From the NCBI GenBank assembly GCA_009914755.4, contig CP068257.2, positions 43,136,001 through 43,200,000 of the forward strand: DNA of 64,000 nucleotides, read 5' to 3'. Source of the DNA: the human T2T-CHM13v2.0 reference genome, Homo sapiens. A program made the translations under genes and the position numbers. Numbering within the stretch: position 1 is the stretch's first letter; each line of letters begins with the position of its first letter. A model generated the notes under the pieces. That model worked only from the letters and a program-made list of their open reading frames with translations. It ran no database searches and was not told the DNA's origin. Shown here one piece after another: positions 63,026 through 64,000 of the stretch.

Positions 63026-64000
63026 GCTGCTGGCCCCGCCCACCCCTCCTAGGCTCAACCCTGGGGCTGCTGGTCCCGCAGAGCTGGGCAGCTGCTGCCT
63101 CAAAGCCTGGCCAGGCAGCCGGAGCGGGCAGGGGATCCCCGGAGCAGAACTTCAGGTTGAACATGGGCTTCCACCTCACGTGGAAGGAAGACAGCTGAGG
63201 CGTGGGTGTGAACAGGCTCTTGGGCAGTGGCTGTCAGGAGCCCAAGGCCAGGGGCATGCACAGAGCAGGGCTGGAGGGTCGCTGAGCAGGGGCCTGGGGA
63301 GGCTGTGTGGCTGGGCCTCTCAGAGCCATCAGAATGTGACAAACTTCCAGCCCCACCAAAGGCCACCAGGGGCACCCACTGCAGAGGAGGCCCCTGCTCA
63401 AGTGGAAGGTGGCCTGTCCCCTAGGCCTGTCCCCAGGCCCCCCATCCGCCCTTGTCAATGGGTCCATGTACAAGGTGGGCACGGTGACTCGCGGGGGCTC
63501 TGCACCTTCACCCCCTTCCCAAGCCTGCTCCGTCTGCTCTCCCAAGGCCTGGCATGGCACTGTCGTCGGCCCTCCTGCCCGGTCACTGTGAGCTGGCCAC
63601 TCCTCTCGACTGGTGGGGTAGTGGTGGCTGCCAGCGACCACCCCCTCCCCGTGCCCCTTCAGGCCCAGCGGTGGCGAAGGCTCCCACTGTGCCATCAGGG
63701 GCTGCCATCCGTCATGCTCAACCCCGCCCACACCTCTGTAAGGAACTCCGTGATTAGATTTGCCTGTGCTTTTTGTGGTCAACAGTTTCACCTGGACTGA
63801 GCCAGGCAGTTCCTTTGCTGGCTTTGCCTGGGCTCACTGACATGGCCGTGGTCAGCTGCTGGCCCAATGAGGGCTGGACAGTCTGAGATGACCTCGGCCA
63901 CATGTCTGGTGTGTGGTGCTGGCTGCGGCTGGGCTCCCATCTCCAGCAGGAGAGCCTGGGCTTCTCCACCCAGCAGCATTCCCAGAGGGGAGAGGAGAGA

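Overview
This window is human genomic DNA, not a prokaryotic locus. It carries dense Alu SINEs, THE1/MST MaLR LTRs, L1 fragments, a Tigger DNA-transposon relic, an SVA and an LTR12. There are two protein-coding genes, both on the minus strand, and they identify the locus as chromosome 21q22.3. The complete SUMO3 gene has four coding exons at 42398-42418, 38248-38376, 33315-33386 and 31219-31308, which translate exactly to the 103-aa protein [21 protein letters not shown]...CERQ/GLSMRQ...[33 protein letters not shown]. Its promoter sits in a roughly 1.7-kb CpG island. The 5' part of UBE2G2 is also present, with exon 1 at 25974-26016 in its own CpG island, exons 2 and 3 near 12.2-12.4 kb and exon 4 at 1556-1674. 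The remaining UBE2G2 exons must lie beyond the window start. The region above 43.5 kb is intergenic, on the side where PTTG1IP would be expected. It is packed with retroelements: a full-length hominid-specific SVA with 17-bp target-site duplications, a solo HERV9 LTR12 with tandem inverted CCAAT boxes, and several GC-rich minisatellites typical of distal 21q.

The notable observations are:
- a tandem triplication of the SUMO3 exon-3 splice-acceptor unit (42 bp, in frame);
- a roughly 470-bp low-copy duplication shared between SUMO3 intron 2 and the SUMO3/UBE2G2 intergenic spacer;
- a 34-bp CpG/G-rich minisatellite in SUMO3 intron 1, next to the promoter island;
- several G-quadruplex, Z-DNA or triplex-prone repeat tracts;
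- inverted Alu pairs inside introns.

No evidence of a novel coding system was found. All long ORFs outside the two genes are repeat-derived or GC-skew artefacts.
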